From Octopus vulgaris (Eukaryota), in NCBI GenBank assembly GCA_951406725.2, contig OX597828.1, positions 36,828,001 through 36,892,000 of the forward strand: DNA of 64,000 nt. The letters are read 5' to 3'. A program made the position numbers and the translations under genes. Below the pieces are notes generated by a model. It did not search any database. It had not been told where the DNA came from and saw nothing but the letters and a program-made list of their open reading frames with translations. This document shows, piece after piece, positions 29,949 through 46,950 of this stretch. Every line of letters begins with the position of its first letter. The stretch's first letter is position 1.

Positions 29949-30374
29949 TGTGTATGTGTGTGTGTGTGTGTGTGCGAACGCGTGTCTTTGCACCTGTGTT
30001 CTTCAGCCACTACCACTTGCTAACCGGTGTTGTTGTGTCTATATCCCCGTAAGTAGGCCGATAGAATACGTGACAGACTTAAAACACGTACTGAAATCCT
30101 TTTACAGCTCTGCTCCAGCATGGCCGCATCCCTATGACTGAAACAAACCAACGAACAAAAGAATAACTCTGATGAGATCAAATAAAAGTAATCACCACAT
30201 TTCGAATCAGTCTTCAATTCTTCAATCAATTCTTCAAAATATATTCATTTCTCATTTTTTATTCTTTACTCCACTCTCTCTCTAATTTAAAATTTTTTTT
30301 TTCTCAGAAATTTTATTTTCGGTAAATTGTAATTATACACATATTACCAATTTCACGATTAAATACTTCCCGTT

Positions 30375-30529
30375 GGATGGTGATAATGATGGCCATTAAT
30401 GATGATGATGATGATGATGAGTACGACGACGACAACGACGACGATGATGATGATTATTGAGATGATGATGATTACTGAGATGATGGTGATGATGATGATG
30501 ATGATGATGATGATTGTGATGATTATTGA

Positions 30530-30569
<40 letters not shown>

Positions 30570-30745
30570 ATTGAGATGATGATTACTGAGATGATGGTGA
30601 TGATGATGATGATGATGAGGAATGGGATGATAATGATAAAGGTAATATGATGGTGATAAGGAAGAAGAAAAGGAACAAGAAAACGATGATGATGATGACA
30701 GGGATGAGACGATGACAATGATGATGATGATGTTGATGATGGTAC
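30375..30745. repeat. (ATG)n-rich tandem repeat
   Basis: Directly visible. Confidence 0.9.
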
Positions 30746-31219
30746 TAGCAACTATAATTACCACTGACTTAATAACCGCTTATTCTTTAACTTATTCATT
30801 TATTGACTGGTCTCCCTCCACCGATTTTATTTACATTTCACTTCTCTCTCACTCCACTCTCCCTTTCTTCTTTTGTTCTCTCTCTCTCTCTCTCTTTCTC
30901 TTTCATTAGATGTCAGCCATTCCCTGGCCATCCCTAATGCTATCAGCACCTTTCTTCACTCACACTTTTTGTTTTCTTTTTACATCTGAAGAATTTCGAA
31001 GAATACTAACCAACTAATTAGCAGGCCAAGTCTACATTCGCCTCCTCCACCTTCCCTATCTGAACATTCCTTTAACACACACTCACCCCCACAACATTTA
31101 CACGTACTTTTATACAAATACACAAACACACGCATGCATATACATCCGATCGTTAGAGTCACTTCTGGTTCTTTCATTGGCGTATTTATTTTCATTGTAC
31201 TCATCCTTCAATTCTTGCT

Positions 31220-31800
31220 TAGCTTCATATTTTACATATAACCAGATATAATTCTTCGTTTCGCTTATGTTGCCATGTAGCGTTGCTCTAACCTCTGCCT
31301 CATATATGATGGAGTTTATCATGCACCCCTGGTCGAGTGGATAAACTCCAGGGTCTCGACAGTAACGTCCGGAAGTGGGCGCTTGGTGGTGTCTACAGGC
31401 AATGATGATCTGCATATTTAGGCAACAGTTATATGATAATTTAGATGAGCGTCTGTTAAAGATCTTTCTCTATTTGTGATTTTCTAGGAAATGTTTATTT
31501 AAGAGAGATAGGCGTCTTTTACCCATGTTAGTTATAACATGATGGGAGAAGGGTGGGGCGAACGGAATTATTTTCCTAGGTCTATTCTTAGGTCTATCTT
31601 TATTAATCGTATTATTATTATTAGAAGGGTTCTACTATAACTTATCTTTGGATCCACTGTTAGCTTGGGTATTGTTATAGAAGGGGGCTGCCTTATCAAA
31701 AATTTCTTCAGAAAGGAGGTTGGACATCCTGTTGCTAATGTTAGCTATCAGGTTTTTAAACAGTACATATAACAATTTGTGTATGTAGGGCAGTTTCTCG
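31220..31800 (-). mobile_element. Decayed Penelope-like element, inverted 5' part (thumb/linker/start of GIY-YIG)
   Basis: Minus-strand peptides SNLLSEEIFDKAAPFYN, RKIIPFAPPFS, LNKHF, IFNR..KLSYNC and PLDQGCMINSIIYEAEV. Confidence 0.75.
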
Positions 31801-31844
31801 TTGATGTTTGGTACGGTTTTATAAGAATGAGTTTATATCTAGGG

Positions 31845-32500
31845 AAACATTAAAAAAAATCACTTATTACATCTGGTTATACAAAGGCGACTTCAACAGA
31901 CTCTCTGCAAACGACTTATCTTCTTTCCATCATATGGACAAAAGTAAAGCCATTCAGCTGGCTTGTCACGTATGGGATTTGAAGACTAATTCCATGCCTC
32001 ATACAATCAAGTGGAAAATCGTAGAAGACTCTATGTTGTATATTAATGGATAAAAAATGCAAATTATGCGTAGCCAAAAGATCGCATGTCCCCCTTTCCG
32101 ATCTAAGAACTCCAGATCAGAAATTTTCAACAAATGCAAGCATATGCAGAAATTTATTTTGGTGAATTGGAGAACACAACCCTCTCTGAGTGCAGCAGCT
32201 GTATCGTAAATTTTAGACCCCTTCCTTTGATTCTACAATATGTAACCTTACGGCTTTACGATAAAAATGGATCGTAACTCTGTTTTTTTCTTTTTTGCGT
32301 TTGTTTCGCTATTCGACCGTTTAAACCCACCTTCATCTCGTTTCTTTTTCTCGTGATTTCTCTTGTTCTATTGTCCTGACGTGTAACTTGCACAGATTAT
32401 TTGGAAACATTAGGCTTGTTTTAAAACCTGCTCAGACAAGCTCTTCAATCTATGAAACTACAACATTTCACTCCCCTCAAATGGAGTGCTCTTTTTGGTG
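31845..32500 (+). mobile_element. Decayed Penelope-like element, 3' part (GIY-YIG end + 3' UTR)
   Basis: YYIWLY...SSFHH..KSKAIQLACHVWDLK...IKWKIVE, followed by CKLC and SEIFNKCKH. Confidence 0.75.
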
Positions 32501-32519
32501 AACGGAAAGGTTATCCGTA

Positions 32520-32573
<54 letters not shown>

Positions 32574-32576
32574 TAT

Positions 32577-33465
32577 ACTAGCATTAAAGACCCGTCGTTG
32601 CCGGGTCATAGTGCTAGTGCATGTATATATGTGTATATATATGTGTACATATTACATGTACGTCTATATATATACATCTACACATAAAATGCAAAATACA
32701 AAGTTATATCTTGATATCGCTAGTGATAACAATACTCAAAATATATAACAGACTGGAATTGTTAGCTCTTCTTTTTTCTCTACATTGTATACTTTATAGA
32801 CAATAGTCTTTTCTTTAATTTAATTTTTTATTATCCATCTGGACTATTCCATTTCTGCACGCTAATTTTATTTTTAATTTATTCCCATTCATGTGAAACT
32901 ACTTATTCAAGTACAAATCATTGATGCAATTTTATACCAATTGCTATTTTAACTTTTGTTATGTTACGATTTAATTATAATTTAGTTTGATTTTAATTAT
33001 TACTTACTACATATAATTCAATTGTTATTATTATTTTTATTGTTAAAGTGAAAGCATCTGACATAAAATAGAGAAATATTTTTGTTTCACTTTTAACACG
33101 TAATACTGAAATAGTGGAGAAGATATGATATTGCTATGGGCTCGCTCTAGGCAAGAAGTTGAACATTTTTATTTGCCCATGAAACTACATGGACCCTAAG
33201 TAAGGCATATGTAAAATTTGAATGAAATTGGTTGTGTAGTTCTCAAGTTTTAGGGAATTGTAGTGGAGAAGATATGATATTGCTGTGGGCTCGCCCTAGG
33301 CAAAAAGTTAAAATGTTTTTTGCCGATGACACTCCCCGGACCCTAAGTAAGGCATGTGTAAAATCTGAATGAAATTCGTTGTGTAGTTCTCAAGTTTTAG
33401 GGAAACACACAGACAGACAGACAGACAGACATACACACATTCTCAGTTTTATATATATAAAGATA
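32577..33465 (+). mobile_element. Non-autonomous Helentron/DINE-1-like element
   Basis: 5' end ACTAGCATTAAAGACCCGTCGTTGCCGGGTC with a hairpin, an internal tandem duplication of about 150 bp (33112-33405), and (GACA)n then TTTTATATATATAAAGA at the 3' end. Confidence 0.65.
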
Positions 33466-34029
33466 TATATATATAAATATGTATATATATGTATGTGTAT
33501 ATATGTATGTGTGAGTGTGTATGTATATATATATATACGAATGAATGTACGTATGCATGTGTGTGTATGTGTGTATATGCATGTGCGTGCGTGTGCGTAT
33601 ATTTGTACATGTCTATATAACTATACACTTAAACACACATTTATACTGGACTTCAGTCGTTTTCAGCGATTTAGATTCAGTCGTACGTTCAACTAAATTA
33701 CCTGCCCATTGAATTGTCGATTGAGTGGCTGGTTCAGTATTTGAACGCAGCCTCGTGAACCCTTAAAGCTATACCCAGATAGAATAACCATAATACAGAG
33801 TATGTAGCAAGGTGGGACTTTCGAATTCCGGGTATATCGCATCCGATTTGCTTTCAAACAGTTGCCATCTAACCAATTTCACGTAGATATAAATAAGTAT
33901 CAAAAAAATAAAATTTGCCAAAGAATCCATACAGTTGGAACGAACCCGGGACCCCATATTACAAAACGAATTCCGGAACCATTCGACCATTCTATGTTCA
34001 AAAACGTTTGGATATAGTTGTGTGTTCTT

Positions 34030-35000
<971 letters not shown>

Positions 35001-35755
35001 ATAGAAGTAATATTACTAATTATATTTTCTATATTACGTTATTGGCCACAAGGACCCAAAAATTTACATAGGACAATGCAAAGAGAAAGGAGTTGGATTT
35101 GCAAATAGATAAGTCCAATTGCAAGTGTTATGAGCACACATCGTCTCGAAGGTGGGGGCTTGTTTCCGATGTCGAAAAGCGACTGCGATTAGATATCCAC
35201 GTTCGCATCTGCCATGGCGTATTGGAATGAATAGATGTGTTATTGTCTAGATCTTTGCTGGTCTGTATGCACTGCACGAATTATCGTCTGCTTGGAAGGT
35301 AGAAGCATGCACAAGCAAATAAATTATTTGTTGATTCGTATAAAGAAGAACCCACAGTTTTATTAGATCTTCTGGCGGGGTAGCTTCAACTGAGGAGGTA
35401 TACAACAAGGTCGAACAACTCCGGCGTTTGAAGGTGTAATTACGCCGTGGAATCGTGTACGACGAAGAGACATCGCCGCAAGGGAGGACGAGAAACATTT
35501 TGTATTTCTTTTCCGATTCGGAATCGATAAGATGGTGGATTGTGTAGAAAAGTCAGAAGGCTACGAAAGCTGTCTTGTGGTACTTGTTCCGTTTTTTGCG
35601 TTCTGGTAGTGATGCCAAGTTGTATCAGCCAAAGTCGAGGGACCTTCTTTTAGATAAAAGACAAGTGGCGTGGACAAAGGAAGCTTCATTTATGAGCAAA
35701 TGTAAGTCTTCCCTAAAAAAAAAATCTTGTCTAGGCCTGCATACACGAAGGAAAG

Positions 35756-35938
35756 CTGAAAGTTCCTGGCTTTTAGGATATCACGAAAGGCCTGATTGGA
35801 AGCCCAGCCTTCCGAGTTCTTTTACAGGGCTTAGGAAAACTGAAGGACTACTGCAATAAGTGTGTGAATCTCAAAGTGGGATATGGTGAATAACTGATCC
35901 TCCTGTATTTTCTTTTATCCAAAGCCAGGAACTTTTCG
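35756..35938. mobile_element. Mariner-derived MITE
   Basis: TIRs CTGAAAGTTCCTGGCTTT / AAAGCCAGGAACTTTTC, with an internal mariner C-terminus remnant CNKCVNLKVGYGE*. Confidence 0.75.
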
Positions 35939-36769
35939 TGCATGTCTTGTGGCATGGTGGCCGTATCCAGTGTTTTCATGATAGTAGGGTGAAATTTTAG
36001 GAAGATTTGGTTGCTATTTTCTGCAAGTAGTGGTTCCAAGATGATATCGATAATGATGGTCACCATACAAGGACAGCAATTTTAGGGAAAGGGGTGAAGT
36101 CAATTACATGAGCCCTCAAAAAAAAAAAAAAAAAAGGAATAGAAAAGAAACGTCGATCCCGGCAGTATTTGAACTCAGAACGTAAAATCTATAGAAATGC
36201 TTCTATTTCATCCGGAGGAGTAACGATTGTGCTAGCTCGCTGTCTTTTGTAATGCTAATTATTTTGATGAGGATAATGATGATGGTGATGGTGTTGATGA
36301 CGAAGAGGATGTAGAAGAGGTGGAAGTGGAGGGAGAGGAGGGGGAGGGAATGGAAGAAGAGGAGGAGGGATCGGAGGGATATGTGGAAGTGGAGGGAGAG
36401 GAGGGGAGGAGGGATAGGTGGAAAAGGAGCGATAAGAAGAAGATGAAGAGGAAGGGAAGAAGAAAAGGAGGGGAAAAGGAAGAGGGGAGGAAGAGGAGAG
36501 GAGGAATAGGAAGAGATGGGGAAAAGTAAGATGAGGAGTTGAAAGAGGAGGAGAAAGGTGAGGTAGATGAGGAAGAACAGGAAGAGGAAGAGTACTGATA
36601 TGGTCATAACAATGTTGATGATGATGACTGATGATGCTGGATTCGTTGCTGCTGCTGATAATGATGATAAGCTTGATAATGATGATGATGACGTTGATAA
36701 TGATGACAATAAAATTTAACGAATATGATAATGACTATGTTATGTTAACACTATTACTGAAGGTTCAAA

Positions 36770-36990
36770 TTCCGCCGAGGTCGACTATATCTTTCATCCT
36801 TTCATGGTCGATAAATTAAGTACCAGTTGTGTACTGGGGTCGATCTAATCGACTGGACACATTCCCCAAAATTTCAGGCCTTGTGCTTAGAAAAGAAAAG
36901 AAGATACTTGCCCAAGGTGCTGCACTGTGGGATTGAGCTCGAAGCCATGTAGTTATAGAACAAGTTTCTTAATCAGCCAGCCATGCCTGC
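36770..36990. mobile_element. SINE A fragment (+) joined to SINE C head (-)
   Basis: GGTTCAAATTCCGCCGAGGTCGAC... followed by GATACTTGCCCAAGGTGC...GCCATGCCTGC. Confidence 0.7.
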
Positions 36991-37137
36991 ACGTATATAT
37001 TTTAATTATTTTTTATTAGTGGACAATAGCATTGCCAGTTATTCCAATGAATAAACCAATGTTTCGCTATGTGATGGCGTGTGAGGCATTGGAGTGACTT
37101 GTGCAACTGAGTGCTGAGCAATTATCACAAGGGATGT

Positions 37138-37316
37138 CGTTCTATATTTTAGAGATGAGGAATTCTGTACATTATTTACATTGGACAGATATGTGGCCTC
37201 ATCTTGTTTGTTGTTAGCACAACGTTTCGGCTGGTTTATTCTCCAGTCTTCATCAGGTGTCCTGGTAGCATTTTGAACCCAACCCTGGGTTCCCATCCCT
37301 AAGGTATTTTTTGCTG

Positions 37317-37379
<63 letters not shown>

Positions 37380-37469
37380 GTTATTAATATTTATTCAAGG
37401 CACTGCCTAGAATTGAACTCGGAATCTTGGGGTTAGCAGCCTGCGCTCTTAACCATTACGCTATATGCC
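37138..37469 (-). mobile_element. Complete tRNA-head + (AAT)n + hammerhead SINE-like element
   Basis: Minus strand: GGCATATAGCGTAATGGTTAAGAGCGCAGGCTGCTAACCCCAAGATTCCGAGTTCAATTCTAGGCAGTGCC, then (AAT)n, then AAAATACCTTAGG..., the hammerhead, and ...AATATAGAAC. Confidence 0.75.
37216..37261 (-). ncRNA. Minimal type I hammerhead ribozyme motif
   Basis: Minus strand: GACAC CTGATGA A GACTGG-AGAATAAA-CCAGCC GAAAC GTT GTGCT. Confidence 0.75.
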
Positions 37470-37473
37470 TGTA

Positions 37474-38360
<887 letters not shown>

Positions 38361-38454
38361 CGCAAGGGATGTTGTTCAAAAAAGCTGTTAATATTTTCTT
38401 TTCTATCGAATATTTACATCCTTCGCCGGTATACATCAAAGAAATACAAGTGGT

Positions 38455-38865
38455 GGTGTGCTGAAAAGTTCCTGGCTTTGGGTAAAACAAAATACAGGAG
38501 CAGCCAGTTAATTGTGACTTAATTCAACATATTCCCTCTCCCAGATTCACACACTTATTGTAGCGCCCCTTCAGTTTTCATAAGTCTTGTAAAAGAACTC
38601 GGAAGGTTGGACCTCCAACCAGGCCTCTCGCGATACCCTTAAAGCCAGGAACTTTTCTGCGGAAAAGTTCCTGTCTTTGGATAAATGAAAATACAAGAGG
38701 TTCAGTCAATTATGATTTTATTCAACATATTCCCCTCTCAGAATCACGCACTTATTGCAGCATTCCTTCAGTTTTTTTTAAGCCCTGTAAAAAAACTAAG
38801 ATGGGTGGGCCTCCAAGAAAAGGCTTTTCTCAATACCCTTCAAGCTAGGAACATCTCAGCGCCTC
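38455..38865. mobile_element. Two adjacent mariner-derived MITEs
   Basis: TIR pair GAAAAGTTCCTGGCTTT / AAAGCCAGGAACTTTTC (about 38461-38660), with a diverged pair at 38661-38865. Confidence 0.75.
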
Positions 38866-39400
38866 CTCGAAGAGAGAAACATTTAAGAAACCAATTACCA
38901 TTATTACAACAACACTATTTTAACTTTCAAGTAAACAAACCTGCAACATGGTATGACGTAATTTGAAGTCAACAAAAGAACTAAATCAATTACCGCAGCA
39001 GCAGCAGAAGCAGACGCAAAAATTCTTCCACCAAAATTTGATTAGAATTTTAGAAGCTAAAATTTAAATTTTTTTCTTAGCAGAAAAAGAAAGATGTATG
39101 AAAAGATGGCAGATCAGGTACATATAAAAATAACGACAAGCGAAGTTATACGCAATCTCTATGAACACTATTCTGTGCTGAATATTTTCGTGAACTGAAT
39201 GTACGAACCACACACATACACACACACACACACACCCACCCACACACACACACATTTTCGGCAAACTACGTTTTTCCGTCAGGGGCTTATATGCCACAAT
39301 ATTAAAATATTTACCTCAGTCAACATACGGTGATAGCTTATAAGCCTTAAGCTTATAAAATATAAATACGCACACACACGCACACACACGCACACACATA

Positions 39401-39446
<46 letters not shown>

Positions 39447-39904
39447 CTCACTTTCTCACAAACACACACGATGAGCTTCCACACAGTTTCCCTCAACCAA
39501 AGTCATCACAAGGCATTGGACAGCTCGAGGCTATAGTAGAAGGTGGCATCAAAGTGAATTTCATTACCACACAGCCATGCCTGCGTCTAACTCCTATTTT
39601 CCGTACAGAGGAAAAATAGCATCTACTTCCATGATTTTGAAGACCAGCACTCCCTATCTAAAAATTGTCTGTGAAAATTTTACACCTTATTTGTTATTAA
39701 AGAGATGAGGGAATAGAATGGACATCTGTGTAATTCATTCTTCGCCTTCACAATGCTGGACAAGTTTGAAGACTATTTTTAATTCTATTTTTGATTCATC
39801 ACTGATATCCCCTCAGGAAGAAAACTGATTTAACCTAAATCGAGCAGCAGAAGTTGCACAATTTCACATATAAGAACATGGCGTCGGCATTATGCACAGT
39901 GAGA

Positions 39905-40042
39905 ACGGCGGTGAGCTGCCAGAAACGTTAGCACGCCGGGCGAAATGCTGAGAGGTATTTTGCCTGTCGTTACGTTCTGAGTTCAAATTCCACTGAGGGC
40001 GACTTTACCATTCATCCTTGTGCCTATAGTAGAAAGGATTAT
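39905..40042 (+). mobile_element. SINE family A, internally deleted
   Basis: GGCGGTGAGCTGCCAGAAACGTTAGCACGCCGGGCG...GAGTTCAAATTCC. Confidence 0.75.
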
Positions 40043-40318
40043 GTACAGTGGGAGGAGATATTTATAATTATGTATGACTAATGGTCCTTAGATTCATTTT
40101 TCTGAAATAGTGCACCGGATTCTACAGGATGATTAAGAAACAAATTCTCTTGAACCAATGCTGCCTCCGTTCGTTTTTGCAAGCACTTTAGATACTGTAC
40201 TATGTGTATATCCTCTTAACACCAACACCAGTGAGGTGACCTTGTACCCCAGAAGACTAAGTAGTGAACCTAAACGCTTTACAGTGTCTCTACACAAACA
40301 CGCACACAAACACACGTG

Positions 40319-40379
<61 letters not shown>

Positions 40380-40399
40380 TGCGTGTGTGTATACATATA

Positions 40400-41445
<1,046 letters not shown>

Positions 41446-41726
41446 TAAGTAGCATCTATCTAAGTAACGTTTGAGGAACAGTTTTCAGTATGAAATATGC
41501 TGGACTGAAATACGTGCTATGGTTGATATGATGGACGAAAACTGTTTTAGTCCATACCTCAGCATAGCCTGGGCAAAGGAAAATTACGAATGATTATCTT
41601 AGTGATCTAAATTGAAGCAGAGCATTGATTCCAAAGGCGATATCGTTGCACCTTCCGTGTCAGATGTAAGATCTAATACAACATGACATTTTATAATAAA
41701 ATATTACACAACAATAATAATAATAA

Positions 41727-41801
<75 letters not shown>

Positions 41802-42486
41802 TAATAAAAATAATAATAATAATGATGATGATAATAATAATAATAAACCAAAAAAGTAATTCTAAAGTACACTTAGGTGAAGTATATAATCTGATTTAGC
41901 TCGAAATATTCAATTATTTTTAACGGTAAATGGAATTATACGAAGCAAATAATTTGATATGACAAATTTGACACATAAATGAGTTCTGCATCTCGCTTTG
42001 CAGTTTTACATACTTACGTCAGACGACAGATGGCAGAATGAATAACCTATTGGATAACAAACAGTGAGAAGTAGTATCTCCACAGTCGCTCGGCCTTCCT
42101 AGAAAAAGCAGGCAAATCCCTTTCAAGTTACAACCTAAAAATTTTTTTTTTTTTGAAGAAGATGAAAATTTATGGACTTTATTATTACCTGTATAATTTA
42201 CCTGATAATTTATGGACTTTATTTTTACCTGTATAACCATTCGATCGGATTTCTTTGGGAGGTGGAACTAACAGGTGGTAGCCATGCCAACAACGAGAAG
42301 CATAGGCCTTTAGCCAAAAACAGATTAAACGGCGTGGCTGTGTGGTAAGAAGCTTGCTTCCCAGTTACATGGTTTCGGGTTCAGTCCCACTGTGTGGCAC
42401 CTTGGGCAAGTGTCTTCTACTATAGCCTCGGGCTGACCAAAACCCTATGACGGGATCTGATAGACGATAGCTGAAAGAAGCCAGCC

Positions 42487-42532
<46 letters not shown>

Positions 42533-42534
<2 letters not shown>

Positions 42535-42742
42535 CGGGAAGCTTTATGAAAATAAACAAAAGACGAAGGCAGGTGGAATACAAACAAACAATTGTATTAG
42601 TATGGCGCTCAGGAATATAAATAAGACAAGTCTTTTACGTTTCGAGCCTACGCTCTTCAACAGAAAGATACACAGAAAAGAAACACGGAGAGAAACAAGG
42701 AGAGAAAAAAAAATGCGTGCAGAAGCTAGCGAATCAACATGG

Positions 42743-42745
<3 letters not shown>
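42533..42745 (-). mobile_element. Hammerhead-bearing short element nested in (TA)n
   Basis: About 210 bp of complex sequence flanked by (TA)n on both sides, containing a hammerhead at 42631-42668. Confidence 0.7.
42631..42668 (-). ncRNA. Minimal hammerhead motif, CUGUUGA variant
   Basis: Minus strand: TCTTT CTGTTGA A GAGC-GTAG-GCTC GAAAC GTA AAAGA; perfect stems I and II. Confidence 0.65.
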
Positions 42746-42833
<88 letters not shown>

Positions 42834-43039
42834 TTTGTGTCTGTGTTCGCCGCCAACCATCACGGTTTGACAACTGGTATTGGCGTGCTTACTTCCCCGT
42901 TACATTAGCGGTTCGGCAAAAGATACCGATAGAGTACTAGACTTAAATAGGTGCTGGGGTTGATTTGTTCGGCTGAAACCCTTCAAGGTGGTGATGCCCC
43001 ATGGCCGCAGCCCTATATCCACATATATAATATATATGC

Positions 43040-44760
<1,721 letters not shown>

Positions 44761-45535
44761 GGAAACCTGCTCCGACGCTCACATTATTTCTCAGACTTAT
44801 AGCTAAGCTATTAATGCAGGAAGGAGTAAAGAGGTCGCTCAGTGTTAATCTTTTTAATCCACAGGATAAAACCTTCACTGTCACTACCATATGGTATATT
44901 TCCAAATGGTTACTTAACCACTATTTTGAATCAGTCTTTCTCCTTAATTCTTCTTCTCTTTCTTCTCCTCATATCGCGCCATTTTCTCTTTTCACTCTAA
45001 ATCTTTTTTATAGATTCTTGGTTTTCTTCTCAAGCCCCTCTTCCATTTTTTGGTCTTTTTCTATTAAATGCTCCTGTTTTTTTTTTATTTTTATACTTTA
45101 TTTCTTCCTTCATCTGCCTTCTGTCTTTTTCTTTTTCATATTTGCTTGTTTGTTTGTTTCATTCTTTCTTTCTTATTTAATTTGTATTTTTTTTTCTGCG
45201 GCCATTCTTAATTTTTTTTTAGGCCTGCTTTCATGTTTTATTCCTCCATTTCTTTCTTTCTTCCACGTTTTATAATTTCTTTGTTTTACACCTTTCTTTA
45301 GATTTTATTTATCTATTATCTGTTCCTTTCCTACCCACCTCTCTTCTCCTCTGTCTTCTCCTTAAACGACTTCTATTACGATAGTATGAGGTAGCGATCA
45401 AGACAGCGAGCGTTCTAACCACACGCTACCTGGACTAAGCTCCTGGCTTCATAAACCTCACATCCTATATAGAGACACTGCTTTTTTTGGGCGGAAGTGG
45501 GTGTATAACAGTTTTTATTATTACTATCTTGTATA

Positions 45536-46520
45536 AGGCGGCGAGCTGGCAGAATCGTTAGCATGTCGGGCGAAGTGCTTAGCGGTATTTCGTCTGCCGC
45601 TACGTTCGGAGTTCAATTTCCACCGAGGTCGACTTTGCCTTTCATCCTTTCGGGGTCGATTAAATAAGTACCAGTTGAGCACTGGGGTCGATACAATCGA
45701 CTTCATCCGTCTTCCTGTCCTTTTTTGTCTCCTCTGTGTTTAGCCGCTTGTGGGTAGTAAAAAAATAGGTATTTCTTCTTCTGTCTTCACCTTCTGAGTT
45801 CGAATGCCACCGGGGTCGACTTTCCCTTTCATCCTTACGGGATTGATAAAATAAGTAACAGCCGAGTATTGGGGTTGATCTAGTCGACTTCCCCCTCCCC
45901 TCAAAAACTGCTGATCCTGTGTCACAATTTGAAACTATTATTACTGTATTGTGTAAGGCGGCGAGCTGGCAGAATCGTTTTCATACCGGGTAAAATGCTC
46001 GACGGTATTTCATCTGACTTTACGTTCTGAGTTCAATTTCCGCCGAGGTCGACTTTGCCTTTCATCCTTTCGGGGTCGATTAAATAAGTACCAGTTACGC
46101 ACTGGGGTCGATGTAATCGACTTAATCCGTTTGTTTGTCCTTGTTTGTCCTCTCTGTGTTTAGCCCCTTGTGGACAGTAAAGAAACAGGTATTTCGTCTG
46201 CCGCTACGTTCTGAGTTCAAATTCCGTCAAGGTCGACTTTGTCTTTCATTCTTTTGAGGTCGATAAAATAAGTACTAGTTGCGTACTGGGGTCGATATAA
46301 TCGACTGGCCCCCTTCCCCCAAATTTCGGGACTTGTGCCTAGATTAGAAAAGAATCGTTAGCACTCTGAGCTTGGCAGCATTTCTTCTGACTCTTTACGC
46401 TCTGAGTTAAAATTCCACCGAGGTAGATTTTACCTTTCAAGTTTTCGGGGCGATACAAACGCACCAGTCGGCCCCTCCTCCAGCATTTCAGGCCTTGTGC
46501 TTATTGTAGAAAGGATTATT
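45536..46520 (+). mobile_element. Tandem SINE family A multimers (about 5 units)
   Basis: Complete heads at 45536 and 45956, each followed by a headless unit joined at AGG|TATTTC. Confidence 0.85.
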
Positions 46521-46659
46521 ATAGTAAAGTGTCCATTAGGAAATCTTTCGCTCTTGTGCATTCTATGTGATATTCATCAAATCCTGCAAAGAACAAATAG
46601 AAATGCAATAATGGGTAAAGAAGTGGATCCTGGTTTGGACGATTCCACAGTCATATTTT

Positions 46660-46950
46660 TCATCTTTTGTTTCAGTTGAAGTGCAGCCAGGCTGGGGCTC
46701 CGCCCTAAAAGACTTTAGTCGAACAAATCGATCCCAGTAAATTTTTTTTTTGACTCTTGTACTGAAAATTTCTTTTGACTCTTGTACACAAAGACACACA
46801 CACATACGAAGGGCTTCCACACATTTTCCGTCCATCAACTTCAAACACGAGGATTTGGTCGTCCGTGGCTATAATAGAAGGCATTTGCCCATGTGCCGTG
46901 CAATGGAGCTGAACGAAAAACCCCGCGGCTGCAAAGCGAGATTCTTAACG
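46660..46950 (-). mobile_element. Diverged SINE family C
   Basis: TTTAGTCGAACAAATCGATCCCAG...GGCTATAATAGAAGGCATTTGCCC. Confidence 0.55.

Larger units (their letters stand above)
42330..43012 (+). mobile_element. SINE family C with nested insertion
   Basis: Head GGCGTGGCTGTGTGGTAAGAAGC...GGGTTCAGTCCC; the tail resumes after (TG)n at about 42832. Confidence 0.8.

Noticed and set aside
35140-35660. Possible L1/Tx1-like LINE remnant (also 48730-49060, and a PLE-like remnant at 51870-52100)
   Set aside because: Only a vague resemblance; no diagnostic motif readable by eye.
37398-37469. Possible functional tRNA gene on the minus strand
   Set aside because: Acceptor and anticodon stems pair poorly, there is no poly-T terminator, and it is embedded in a duplicated repeat element; treated as a SINE head.
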